From: Octopus vulgaris
Taxonomy: Eukaryota
Assembly (NCBI GenBank): GCA_951406725.2
Contig: OX597827.1
Coordinates: forward strand, 1,364,001 to 1,428,000
Direction of reading: 5' to 3'
DNA: 64,000 nucleotides
Part shown: in pieces, positions 1 through 12,454 of the stretch
Position numbering within the stretch: the stretch's first letter is position 1
Layout of the letters: every line of letters starts with the position of its first letter
The notes under the pieces: model-generated
Databases searched by the model: none
What the model was told of the DNA's origin: nothing
What the model saw: the letters and a program-made list of their open reading frames with translations, nothing else
Position numbers and translations under genes: made by a program

Positions 1-69
1 GAGAGAGAGAGAGAGAAAGAGAGAAAGAGAAGCATTAGGATGTATTAAATGACCCCGATTGATACAAAT

Positions 70-160
<91 letters not shown>

Positions 161-348
161 CAAAATGGGACAAGAACGCAAAACATTCAGATAGATGATA
201 CAAAGAAAATAAGGACGGGTCATTCGAAATCTGGATGTTTTGTTGTACCCTTTTGTATAAATATATAGATATAAATACAAAATGGGACAAGAACGCCAAG
301 CATCCGGACAGCTAGGTGATAGAAAAGGGGACAACAAAACATCCAGCT

Positions 349-397
<49 letters not shown>

Positions 398-490
398 TAT
401 ATATCTTCTTCCGTTCTTTCCTGAGCGCCCAATAATACTTTATTTGTTCCACATCCTCGCGTTGTCGTCTTTTTGTTTTCTTGTTTGGAT

Positions 491-558
<68 letters not shown>

Positions 559-576
559 ATGTATATATGGATGTAT

Positions 577-628
<52 letters not shown>

Positions 629-761
629 ATGCCCATTTGTGTATCTGTCTATCTAACAATCTGTACGTGTTTATTATGAGGCATGTTGTGCATTCGCATG
701 TACTTGCTTCCAGTGCCAAAAAGTAAAATCGCCCAAACAAGCCATCCATTCGATCTTCCTA

Positions 762-959
762 GTCGTCGTCGTCGTCGTGCCGTCATGTATCGATCACCTG
801 CAACGCATTGATGTCGCTACAACGAAGCTCTTTCCGATTAAGCGCGAGTTCTCCAACTATCTCTGTACCTGGCTTTTGTTCTACTGCCCCCTACTCTTCC
901 TTTTGTAATAATGTTGCTCAAACCTTTGCTTCTTCGTGTATGGCCATAAAAGATGAGCC
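762..959 (-). mobile_element. RTE-clade LINE 3' end fragment (part 2 of a split copy)
   Basis: Minus strand reads LIF/YGHTRRSKGLSNIITKGRVGGSRTKARYRDSW, resembling the RTE C-terminal FGH...EGKRxRGRP..W region, and ends in a (GAC)n tail. Confidence 0.65.
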
Positions 960-1685
960 TGTAACGGTAGGGTTTTAATTAGTGTAGTTACCAATTGTAA
1001 CGAGTAAGATTGATTAGTAAACATTATTATGAAATGTCGGAGTCAGCAGTTGTGACGCTAAAAATTTGTTGTTATGACGGCAAGTCGTAAGATGTGAAAG
1101 ATGAACAATGCATGAAGTTTTAAGAAAGTATTTATTTACCGTTGCGTTACAATACCTTGCCTCGACGGGCAGGTTTTGATACATCCAGAAGCATGCGATA
1201 TAAAGTTTGTGCTTGTGTCCTCTTCATTGTTTAGCAGTAAATACAGAGAGAGAGAGACAGACAGACAGAATGATGTAAGAGAACAGAAATAGAGCTAGTG
1301 AGAGTTGTAAGGTGTTGGACGTTGTCTCACAGTTGCTGACAGTAAACTTCATTTCTCCCTCTGACCAATGTTCTTGCTGGTCAGCCAGACTTCGTTGAGT
1401 CGTCACCGACTGTGACTAACTGATTTTTGCTCGGGGTATGCTTGCTTATATAACTATCCAGAAGGATAGATATATCATTCAGAACAATAGATTTAGTTGG
1501 TGGTCTTGCTATCTCTATTCTAGCTTTTGGTGAAGTAGAAGAGGTTAGAAAGGGTCTAGTGATGAAGACATTATTTCGGCCTAGCTAAAGGCATCTGGAA
1601 AATGTGGGAAAAGTTCTGTTGCAGTGTTAATTTAAATTTGGCTATGGTGGATCGAATCCACTTCATGCTTGCAAAATCTACTCCA
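960..1685. mobile_element. Probable solo LTR inserted in the RTE fragment
   Basis: TG...CA termini with a near 4-bp TSD (agcc 956-959 / agct 1686-1689). Removing it rejoins the RTE frame (KQKL|IF). The minus strand has a TATA-like motif (~1445-1453) upstream of an AATAAA (~1131-1136). Confidence 0.5.
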
Positions 1686-1850
1686 AGCTTTTGTTTTCTC
1701 ACAATGTTCAAGAGATGTCTTTCACCTAACTGTTGTAATACCCGTTCATTTTACTGATGATCCTTGTAAGAGACTCGTAACATTCTCCTGTGCACCCACA
1801 TTTCAAATGCATCAGCCGTACCTGATAACCAGCATCCAAAGAGCTGCGCC
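1686..1850 (-). mobile_element. RTE-clade LINE fragment (part 1 of the split copy)
   Basis: Minus strand reads DAFEMWVHRRMLRVSYKDHQ*NERVLQQLGERHLLNIVRKQKL, matching the RTE AFEMWxxRRMLRIxW motif. Confidence 0.75.
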
Positions 1851-2029
1851 CAATTGTCTCGTTCACGCATACTTTTCTCAACATATTATGCTGGGTGCCC
1901 CATTAATCTCTACAGGATATAATTCACTGTGTAACACGAATTTTGTTCTTGAGTAGCAACTGTTATTCCATATTTGTTTGCCCCTAGGAAGTATGAAAAA
2001 TGGTAATATTTTCTTCAACATTGCTTCTC

Positions 2030-2220
2030 TTACATTTATTCAAACCCCAAAGAATCATTCTCAACACATGGCTATGATGCACCCTCACTATTCCTGTTCA
2101 TGACCAGAGATGCACATATTATCAGCCACGAAGGGACATGCTCAACTGGTTAAAGTCAAGCAACTGACAAGCAGACCAGTGGTATTAAGTACAATATCGG
2201 CCATAATGATATTTCTGCTT
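2030..2220. repeat. Partial copy of the ~560-bp TAA-associated interspersed repeat
   Basis: Aligns by eye to about 8765-8940 and 52830-53010. Confidence 0.8.
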
Positions 2221-2574
2221 CAGCAATTCAGTGCTGATCTGTCTGAAATGTAATGGGGAATAGGTCAGTTTCAAAACATTGATGTCCAGGTGACAAAAGC
2301 AAAGTTTGAAGGGAACGGTAGTCATTTCATTTGATTTCTTGATAGAAGCAAATAAAAAGTAACACTGACCAAAGGCAAAAATAAAGAAACAAATAAATAG
2401 ATAAATAAAAATTTTATTTATATTTTGGTTCAGGGTAATGGGCGCATGGCAATATTTTTCCAAAACCTGAAAGATCTGTTGGAATGGAATGAAGACCGAT
2501 GGACAGTCCGTAGCCAGCAGGTTTAGTAGTGGTCTGCTAAATTATGTTCAATGCACAATAACAACAACAATAAA

Positions 2575-2927
<353 letters not shown>

Positions 2928-3082
2928 TGAGGCTCTAAATTAGATATTTCTACGCATTAAATCTTTTGATAAGCTCTTCATAAATCGTTAAAAACGTTTT
3001 TTTCTCTAAAATATACTTGCTAATTATAGGGTGTCTTAACACTTGATGTGGCTTGTGACTGAAGAAATACGGTTTATATGCA

Positions 3083-3121
<39 letters not shown>

Positions 3122-3236
3122 ATATATGCATTATATATACATAGACACACTTACATTATACCTATACATGCATACGTTCCATATATATACATACGTACGC
3201 ATGTATACATTTACATATCTATATATACATAAATAC

Positions 3237-3294
<58 letters not shown>

Positions 3295-3880
3295 GGGGGA
3301 GAGAGATAGATAGATAGATATACATACATACACGCACGCGCGCAGCACACACACACACGCGCGCACATATTAATAAGTTGTATTCATTCTATTAACTTCA
3401 ATTTTTTTCGTGCAGTTCATATATAAGTAAATATATCGTGAAGTAATTTAATATTTAATTTCGGAAGACAAGCTGATTTAGTGCCATAAAACAGGAAATT
3501 GGCGGATGATTTCACCTAATTTTCTCCGTAATTCAGCCAAATATTGAAAATGAATTTTATTGCTTGAAAAAACTTAACTGCAACTTAGTATAGCCAATTT
3601 ATTTTATAATTACAGCGATTTACTAAACTTATTTTTTCAAGGCCATTTATTTTATGAAAATAGATATTGATAAGCTTCTAGAAAATGATTTAAGTTTTGT
3701 ATACTTAACTTATATATTTAACATGGACTATCACTTGTTATTTAATAATAGCTTTTCTTTTGCAATAAAATTACGTTTACTATCTCGAAAACGCTCGAGA
3801 CGCAATGGAATTTCAAAAGAATTATATAACGGCACCCTGTTATTACATTGGCGTGCGTTCTACCAGACCATTCTCTATCA

Positions 3881-3960
3881 AACCCTAACCCTAACCCTAG
3901 CCTAAACCTGAACCATAATCCTTACCCTGGCTCTAACTCTAAACCCTAAAACTAACCCCG
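3881..3960. repeat. Degenerate (CCCTAA)n telomere-like array
   Basis: aaccctaaccctaaccctagcctaaacctgaacc... followed by a 19-bp tandem duplication at ~3996-4036. Confidence 0.7.
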
Positions 3961-4099
3961 ACCTTAGTTCAGGTCGTGTAACTTTACAGCCGAGACTACA
4001 CATACTGCGGCACACTACACATACTGCGGCACACTATATGTTGATGGAGCAGAGACTTTTTCGTGCCGAGATTTCGTAGTACAAGTATATTACTCTCTT

Positions 4100-4481
4100 T
4101 CTTTACTTATTTCAGTCATTTGACTGCAGCCATGCTGGAGCACCGCCTTTAGTCGAGCAAATCTACCCCAGGACTTATTCTTTGTAAGCCTAGTACTTAT
4201 TCTATCAGTCTCTTTTGCCGAACCGCTAAGTTACGGGGATGTAAACACACCAGCATCGGTTGTCAAGAGATGCTGGGGGGACAAACACAGACACACAAAC
4301 ACACACACACACATATATATACATATATACGACGGGCTTCTTTCAGTTTCTGTCTACCAAATCCACTCACAAGGCTTTGGTCGGCGCGAGGCTATAGTAG
4401 AAGACACTTGCCCAAGATGCCACGCAGTGGGATTGAACCCGGAACCATGTGCTTGGTAAGCAAGCTACTTACCACACAGCC
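4100..4481 (-). mobile_element. SINE family A (tRNA head, CORE-like block, internal microsatellite)
   Basis: Minus strand reads ggctgtgtggtaag (A box)...ggttcaatccc (B box)...cttgggcaagtgtctt. Many copies in the window; an inverted fragment follows at 4483-4535. Confidence 0.9.
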
Positions 4482-4535
4482 ACGGGCCGACCAAAGCCTT
4501 GTGAGTGGATTTGTTAGATGGAAACTGGAAGAAGC

Positions 4536-4586
<51 letters not shown>

Positions 4587-4590
<4 letters not shown>

Positions 4591-4726
4591 CAGCGTGGAA
4601 GGTGTTTGTAAGCCTTTTAAGAAACCCACAAAAACCATTTGATTCATTTCAACATTTAAGTTTAAGTGAATCGAACGGCTTTTGTGTGTTTCTTAAATGG
4701 CTTACAAACACCTTCCACGCTGCAAT
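4587..4726. repeat. Fold-back inverted repeat (~60-bp arms) in a (TA)n tract
   Basis: attgcagcgtggaaggtgtttgtaagcc...ggcttacaaacaccttccacgctgcaat. Confidence 0.9.
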
Positions 4727-4782
4727 TGTTTTCGTTTCAGCACACGATCTCAGATCAAATCACTTGCTATGCAGGTACATCT

Positions 4783-4828
<46 letters not shown>

Positions 4829-4915
4829 CGCTCAGGAAATGGAAGCAGAGGTCCCGTGTTGATTCGGGGTTAACCACAGTAAATAAGGTACTCAATACAT
4901 AGCAGAGTAAAATTA

Positions 4916-5035
4916 ATTTATTATATAGAAGGAGCTTCTACAGGACTAGAACTGTTTCATTCAAGAGAAATCTTCCTGATGATTTCTCTTGAATGAAACA
5001 GTTCTAGTCCTGTAGAAGCTCCTTCTATATAATAA

Positions 5036-5037
<2 letters not shown>
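4916..5037. repeat. Perfect 57-bp-arm inverted repeat with 8-nt spacer
   Basis: 4916-4972 is the exact reverse complement of 4981-5037; CTGATGA lies at 4976-4982. Confidence 0.95.
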
Positions 5038-5080
<43 letters not shown>

Positions 5081-5088
<8 letters not shown>

Positions 5089-5141
5089 TTAGAGACAAAA
5101 CCACTATTATGCAAATAGTGGTTTTGTCTCTAATTAATATT
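5081..5141. repeat. 28-bp-arm inverted repeat
   Basis: aatattaattagagacaaaaccactatt / aatagtggttttgtctctaattaatatt. Confidence 0.9.
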
Positions 5142-5217
5142 ATATTATATTTTACTATAATATATAAATCCTAAATCTGATTTTTCCCTGTAAATTTGGA
5201 TTTATTCCCTAATACTT

Positions 5218-5262
<45 letters not shown>

Positions 5263-5298
5263 GTATATATATATAAGGGTAAGATCGATATTTAAATA

Positions 5299-5426
5299 CC
5301 GATCTTATCAGGTGGCCAGCATGGCAATAAAAACCTTCAATGGTAATAATTTTTTAAAATTATAATTTAGGGTATCTAAGAGATACCACCACGCTGGAAA
5401 TAGCAGTTAAAACTTGACTCTAATTT

Positions 5427-5483
<57 letters not shown>

Positions 5484-5763
5484 TTGTATCTAAGTGTGTT
5501 CGTCTTTGTGACTGTGTTTGTCTCCCACCGCCGCTGACAACCGGTGATAGTTTGTTTACATCCCTGTAACTTAGTGGTTCGGCAAAAGACACCGATAGAA
5601 TAAGCACCAGGCTTAAGAATAAGTACATATATATAAAATTAGAGTCAAGTTTTGACTGCTATTTCCAGCGTGTTGGTATCTCTTAGATACCCTAAATTAT
5701 AGTTTTAAATAATTATTACCTTTGAAGGTTTTTATTCTCATGCTGGCCACCTGATAAGATCGA
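5299..5763. repeat. Inverted repeat (~135-bp arms) enclosing (TG)n and a SINE A 3' half
   Basis: ~5299-5433 is the imperfect reverse complement of ~5629-5763; the spacer 5434-5624 matches the SINE A 3' portion. Confidence 0.9.
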
Positions 5764-7220
5764 TATTTGGATCGATTCATTCGACAAAAAAAAATGCATT
5801 CGAATACGCTCGCTGAATAAATCACTGAAGATGAGGTTTAAATTTTCAATTGATTTCTCAAAAAAAGAAAAGAAAGAAAAAGAAAGAAAAGAAAACGTTA
5901 TAAGTCGTAAAAACAACTCGACGTAATTTGTGGTATACCTGTATTAATTAGGAAAAAATTCAGGTTCATAATTCAATCTCTGCGCAAGCTCTGTTCCCGC
6001 TTGACAATTTTTTAGGGTTGAGCTCTAAACGTCTTTTATTTACTTTACACAAGACTAACGGAATCCATCCGTGAAGTCTGATGGCGGTTGCGTCTCATAG
6101 GATCCTATGGAGTAGGCACCTGAGGACTCTACCCGCAACGACCTTGCCAAGAATAATGGTTGAAGAATGTAACGATGAATGGATGGAAGGATGGATGGAT
6201 GGATGGATGGATTGATGGATGGGTGGAAGATCTTTGATAAAACCGAAGTATGAATATTAATCATTTTTTCCCCATTTAACATTAAAGATAGGAAGTAATA
6301 ACGGAGTTTTATTTTAACATTTAATTTCTCCGATTTTCCTTTCCTGCTCTTTTCTCTCCATCTCTGTCCTATCTTGCACAAGAAGCGTTAATACTGCAAA
6401 CTTTAAAAACATTTCCTTCTTCTTTCTCTATTTCCTGATTTCTATGCTTATTTTTTTTTACCTTGTCTTTGTGTTGGACTTTTCGTCACCTTTGCACTAT
6501 CATTTAAACATACCATTTATATTTCTTATCATACCATTTGTATTTCGTATTTCTTTTGTTATATTGTGAGGATTGAATTCTGTCAGCCATTTTGCCTGAT
6601 AGTTCGAGAAGGTTACGTCATTAAAATTATTACCGTATTCAGTAGACTGAATACTAGAAAAGATACAGTTTTTTTTCCCCCCTTACTGTGTTCCATTTTC
6701 TTCCTTAATTTGAGCTCTTATTTTCTCCATCCTCCATTAAACCAATAATTGTTTGATCACGACCTTGTAGAAAGATATTTACTCAGCAAAAAATATCGGA
6801 AAGAAACTATTTGAAGCAGCATCTACTTGAAATCAGAAAACCTTCAAGCTAAAGGATACATTTTTTTTTCCTTGCTGATAAAAAAAAAAAAAGAAATTCC
6901 ACTTCATTTCTTAGTGACATAACTTGCTGCTGCAGAAATTTTCTGCGATATTTCAATCTCATCTTGGAATATGTAATAAATGTCCATGTTTAGATCTAAT
7001 TGAAGAACAAAAATCTCTAAAGAGTTTGATATTGAGAGATTTGGACTCTATATATTCTGTACAGTTTATAATTTGAACCATATCATTCGTTATTAAACCC
7101 AATTCCAGTTCCTATCACATACTTTTTGAAGCGAGTTTTTCTCCCTACAAAAAAAAACAACGCAGGGGAAAAAATTTAACATGAAGATTATTAGTCTCAA
7201 GGAAATTCATAATTTTTTCA

Positions 7221-7478
<258 letters not shown>

Positions 7479-7529
7479 TTGCGCCATGCTTTGAGGCTGT
7501 CGCACTTACAGAAATATCTAAATTCCTAC

Positions 7530-8350
7530 GACGATGATTTGGACGACGACAACGAAAATAAGGGTGGACTGGTGTGGGGGCGTCTTTCGTGCGACTCGTC
7601 TTTCCGCAGCTCATCTCATTGAAACAGCTGCAGTCATGGATAGACCAAGGTTGAGCGTGTGGTACCTAGAATGTTCCCAGGCGCTCACTGCATTGTACCA
7701 ACTGCTCAAAACCGTTGGCGAGAAAACAACCCAAGATTTCTATAGGGGGCTAGTTGAGGGTATGAGCGATGATGCCCTATGATTGAATCTAGGCATCGAC
7801 GGGAACAGTCTGAGTAGTCTCGATCATGGACAATTTCCAAAAGTCTTTGGCATGGCGTATCACATTTGAGAGTTCTTTCCGCAGTGTGTGTCCGATCCAC
7901 CTCCATTTCCTTCGTCTAATCTGAACATGTATGGGCTCCTGGTTGGCCCTTTCCCACAGGTCCGTGTTTGGCACTCAGTCGAACCACTTCAGATGGAGGA
8001 TCTGCCGGAGACATTTTTTGGTGAAGGTCTGGATCTTCTTGTAGTTGCTGCAGGTGACTCTCCATGTTTCAGAGCCATACAAAAGCACTTGACTGGAACC
8101 CGCGGGGGAAAAGGAAGCGACGACGCCCGAAGCAGACGTGGAAGCGGAGTATTTTGGACGAGCTCAGGACCACCGGCCTGACATGGGAAGCAACCAAAAA
8201 ACACGCCAATGACCGCAAAAAGTGGAAAATAACTGTTAATGTCCTGTGCTCCACAAGAGGCAAAAAGGATTAAGTAGTAGTAGTTGGCATAACAGTACTA
8301 CAGAAGGGTATTGCCCCTTCAAGACAAACTCATCAGACATGGAAGTGCCA
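7530..8350 (+). mobile_element. L1/Tx1-like LINE ORF2 remnant interrupted by an RTE insertion
   Basis: FYRGLVEG...MDNFQKSLA | (RTE) | *QYYRRVLPLQDKLIRHGSA resembles the LAW..R..LP..DKL region that precedes the C-terminal zinc finger in L1/Tx1 ORF2. Confidence 0.5.
7854..8283. mobile_element. 5'-inverted, truncated RTE LINE with 7-bp TSD
   Basis: Minus strand (~8088 to 7854) reads VLLYGSETW...QIRRRKWRWIGHTLRK...VIR; plus strand (8085-8273) continues ALDWNPRGKRKRRRPKQTW...; (TAG)n tail; TSD ttggcat at 7847-7853 and 8284-8290. Confidence 0.9.
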
Positions 8351-8477
8351 ACATAGTAATCCGGGATATTTGTGTGAACTGCCCCGCTATTGGGGTTTCT
8401 GTTATATATATATTATTTATTTATTTCTCTACTTACTATTATTATTCTCTGTTATATCCTATAATGTGGTATTATTA

Positions 8478-9035
8478 TTGAGTGAGAGAGCAGTGCATGC
8501 CATCAAAGTGACACTGGGGTACAAATATACGAAGCCCAGTACACCCATCATGATTACCCGTCTAATAATGGTACACCAGAAACATGCATCACAACCATAT
8601 GTGCGCGACATGGTGATCTCATATCAAGATAAACAGCGCATGACCTTGCAGGTGGGACCCAGCTAGAATTTTCTTCAGGTCGAGTAGCCCATTCCGCTCA
8701 AAAGGTCCCTGAATAAGGATTGTTTAAGGCTGTTGAACGAACCACCCATGCTTCCAAAGATGAATTATCCAAACATCTAAGAATTCCTTTCAACACACAG
8801 CTATTATGCTCCCCCACTACTTCTGCTCGTGATCAGAGATGCACATATCGTCAGCCACTAAGGGACATGCCCAACTGGTTCAGGTCAAACAACTGACAAG
8901 CAAATCTGTGGTATTGAGCAGAATATTTGCTGTAGCCCATATTTTTATACCAAGACAAAACAATGTACATGATAACACTTCCAATCAGTTAAGATCAGAA
9001 GCCATGAGTGCCACTGTCTGGTACTACATCAGGGC
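8478..9035. mobile_element. ~560-bp non-coding interspersed repeat in TTA/TAA repeat context
   Basis: Highly similar full copy at 52546-53100 and partial copy at 2030-2220. Confidence 0.85.
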
Positions 9036-9079
<44 letters not shown>

Positions 9080-9082
<3 letters not shown>

Positions 9083-9297
9083 GTTTGACTTCTGCTTTGC
9101 ATTTGCACAAGTTGGCTCCAAGTCTCACCCAGAGACCTTAAGAGACAACAGGTTGGAAGTTAATGTTGTTGTTATGCCTAGTGTGCTATACATTTGGTTT
9201 TGTATTTAGTGTTGTACTAGTGAATGTCTAAAAAAAACATACGTTTGTTTTAAAATTATTATTATCATTATTGCTTTATTGTTATTATCATTATTGC

Positions 9298-9335
<38 letters not shown>

Positions 9336-9500
9336 GATTATTATTCTATGTTTGACTTTTGCTTTATGTCTGTACAAGTTGGCTCCAAGTCTCACCCAGA
9401 GACCACAAGAGACAACAGGTTGGAAGTTCACGTTGTTGTTATGCCTAGTGTGCCGTATATTTGGATTTTTTGGGGTGTTGTACTAGTGAATGTCTAATAC
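9080..9500 (-). mobile_element. Two tandem LINE 3'-UTR tails ending in (AAT)n, probably Dong/R4-like
   Basis: Direct repeat ~9080-9232 / ~9347-9497. The minus strand ends ...ggtctctgggtgagacttggagccaacttg...gtcaaaca(taa)n. Dong elements are known to target TAA repeats; the clade call is inference. Confidence 0.5.
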
Positions 9501-9518
9501 ATAGATTTAAAAAAAAAA

Positions 9519-9554
<36 letters not shown>

Positions 9555-9643
9555 ACGTATGCATGTATGTATGTATTTACACATATCTATCTATCTATCT
9601 ATCTATCTATCTACTTATATATATATATACATACGCACACACA

Positions 9644-10113
9644 AAATTAATATAAACAACAGGTTGCAATGTTTCATGAAAAAGGAGAATTATGATTGTC
9701 ACTAAATATGACTCAGGTGTTAAAAAAACACCTACATTGCTAAAATGCTTTAATGTTGTATTTAACGCACATGAATGAAAGCATAAACACTAACAGGGAC
9801 CATAATTGTCTGAAAAATGCTGACCGGAAATCCTTAAGATTGACGTCAGTTTCGGCAATTTCCGTTGCCTCGTCAGTTAAGCCAGCTCGCTGTTCGGTCT
9901 TTAGACCCGTTTCTCTGTTAATATATATGTTTGCATCATCCAAATTAATGGATGATTTAACGATTCGCTAATGTGTGAAATTAATATAACCAGCAGGATG
10001 CAATGTTTCAGCCAAGAAGGAGAATTATAGTTGTTATTAAATGTGACCTGGGTATTAACAAACACCTACATTGCTAGAAATAAGAGCTAAAATGCTCTAA
10101 TGCTGTAGTTGAC
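9644..10113. repeat. Diverged local direct duplication (~120-135-bp units)
   Basis: aaattaatataa...ggagaattat...cacctacattgct at ~9644-9765 and ~9978-10113. Confidence 0.8.
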
Positions 10114-10234
10114 ACACATGCGTTTGTGTGTGTGTGTGTGTGTGTGTGAGTGTGTGTGTGTGTATGTGTGTGTGTGTGTGCATTTCTTCCCGATCACTGC
10201 TTGACAACCGATGTTGGTCTATTTACGTCTGCGT

Positions 10235-10450
10235 AGGGTGGCGAGCTGGCAGAATCGTTAACAAGCCGGGCGAAATGCTTAGCAGTGTTTCGTCTGTCTT
10301 TACGTTCTGAGTTCAAATTCCGCCGAGGCCGACTTTTCCTTTCATCCTTTCAGAGTCGGTAAATTAAGTACCAGTTGTGTACTGGGGACGATTTAATCGA
10401 CTGCGTCACTTCGCCCAAATTTTGGGCCTTGTGTCTAGAGTAGAAAAGTA
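10235..10450 (+). mobile_element. SINE family B (tRNA head, MetaSINE-like central block)
   Basis: ggcgagctggcagaatcgtta...gagttcaaattccgccgagg...cctttcatccttt...taaattaagtacc. Confidence 0.85.
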
Positions 10451-11564
10451 TTAACATCTGCGGTTTGGCTAAATTGCGTTTGATATGTCTATGGTAAGTC
10501 TTAATTCGTTTCAAAGCATAAAAGTTGTACTCTGCAGATGACGCCGTTTCCAGAGTTATTAAAATCAATTCACAATGAGTAAAGACTTTACTGTTAGAGA
10601 TTTCTAAGTCGTTCAGCTTTATAAAACAGAAAAATTCCTGTTATAGTTTTAAATTGGGATTTTTCTGACATACAAACAAACTTAAGTTGTGATTTATCTG
10701 ACAGAAAAAAAAATCCAAGAAATCATTATTGTTACTCTTCAGTGACTGAAAAACAAGCTCTGAGAATCATTTTCTTGATTCACAGAATGACAGATGGCGT
10801 AAAAATTCTATGAATCTTAAGAAATTCAAATTTGCAAATCTGATATTAATTTGGTTAAGTATCGTGACATTATCTCTACATATAGATGCGAGAATGAAGT
10901 CTTCAATTCAGCATTTCCGTTTTTTCTCTTAAATCTAGGTTCACTTGCCTTTAAGTAGCCATTCTTTACAAAATTTTCCCCCAATTCTTCTCTCTTCTGC
11001 TCCAAAGCCAGATGAAAACTATTTTATCCTTTATTTTTTCCATTTGTTTTTTGACAAAAATAACACAATACCCAACATCATGAATTCTTGTCAGCCTTAC
11101 AGCATTAAATCGGACAATAGAGAAGAAAAATTAGGAGAAAGCAAAAAGAAAAAAAGAATTAGTCATTGATGACAAAAATTCACCTGCACAGTCACGTGAC
11201 TGATGACTGTTGATCCCTCTCATATTCAAGAGTTCTCCGACCATGTTTTTTATGAATACAGCCGTAAGAGATTCTTTACACGCAAAACACTGGCTGTTGG
11301 CTGACACATTCGCAAATATTCTCGTCGAAATTTCTTGAATAACAGAAAATGTTCTTTCTGCAAAATTTCTTAAAAGAACTAATAAGCAATTCAGAGTCAT
11401 GAATTGCTAATTTTTGCCATTTTTTTTTCTTTGTGATAAAAGTAAATTAAGTCCGTGGCCAAAACAGTTTATAAATATACAAGTTTTGGATATTTCCTCT
11501 TAACTCTTGACCACAAGCCAATCAATTCCTCAGTTTTTTTGGTTTTTTTCATCTTTTACGTTTA

Positions 11565-12012
11565 ACTTGTTTCAATTATTGTATAAGTGGCCATGCTGGA
11601 GCACCGCTTTGAAAGGTTTAGTCAAACAAATCGATTCCAGTACTTATTTTCTAAAAAAAAAAAAAATTCTGATATATATTCTATCAGTCTTTTAGGCGAA
11701 CCGCTAGATTATAGGGATGTAAACAAACCAACACCGGTTATCAATTCATAGAGGTAAAATAGAACACATTCACAAACACACATCCAGCCCACCACACATA
11801 TACACACACGCGCGCATACACACACGCACATATACATACATATACACATATATACGACGGGCTTCATTCAGTTTCCGTCTGCCAAATCCGCTCACAAGGC
11901 TTTGGTTGGTCCGAGATTATAGTACAAACACTTGCCCAAGGTGACACACAGTGGAACTGAACTCTGAACCGTGTAGTTAGGAAGCAAGCATCTTATCCCA
12001 CAACCACGCCTA
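11565..12012 (-). mobile_element. SINE family A
   Basis: Diverged copy sharing blocks with 4100-4481. Confidence 0.8.
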
Positions 12013-12454
12013 TATACACACCGACAATTAACAGCTGGGTATATACCTGTATATAATACATATGCGAACTGGAGCAAGGTAAAATGAAGTGTTTTGCCCG
12101 GTCCAAGAATCGAAACGACGATCTTAGGACCAGGAGTACAACAGGCTAACCACCAGGGTAGGCGCTTTCACCTCCTCATCTACTCAGTGCTTTTGCTAAC
12201 CTAGTGGTCTCCTCGCGACCTCTAAGTGTTGGCTCTGCTTTTGTTAACTATCCTATTGAATTGACAGAATGCTGTCAAATTTATTGCATCACTCTGACTT
12301 TCATCCTTTATTTCTTTGCTTCTTTTGACAAACTGATTCTGCTGAGTGTCACCAACTCCCTTTTCATTACGCATCATATATTCTCAATTCTTGCTTTACC
12401 AGTTCTTTTTCTTTCTTTCTTTCTTTCTTTTCTTTTTTTTTTTTTGCTTTTAGA

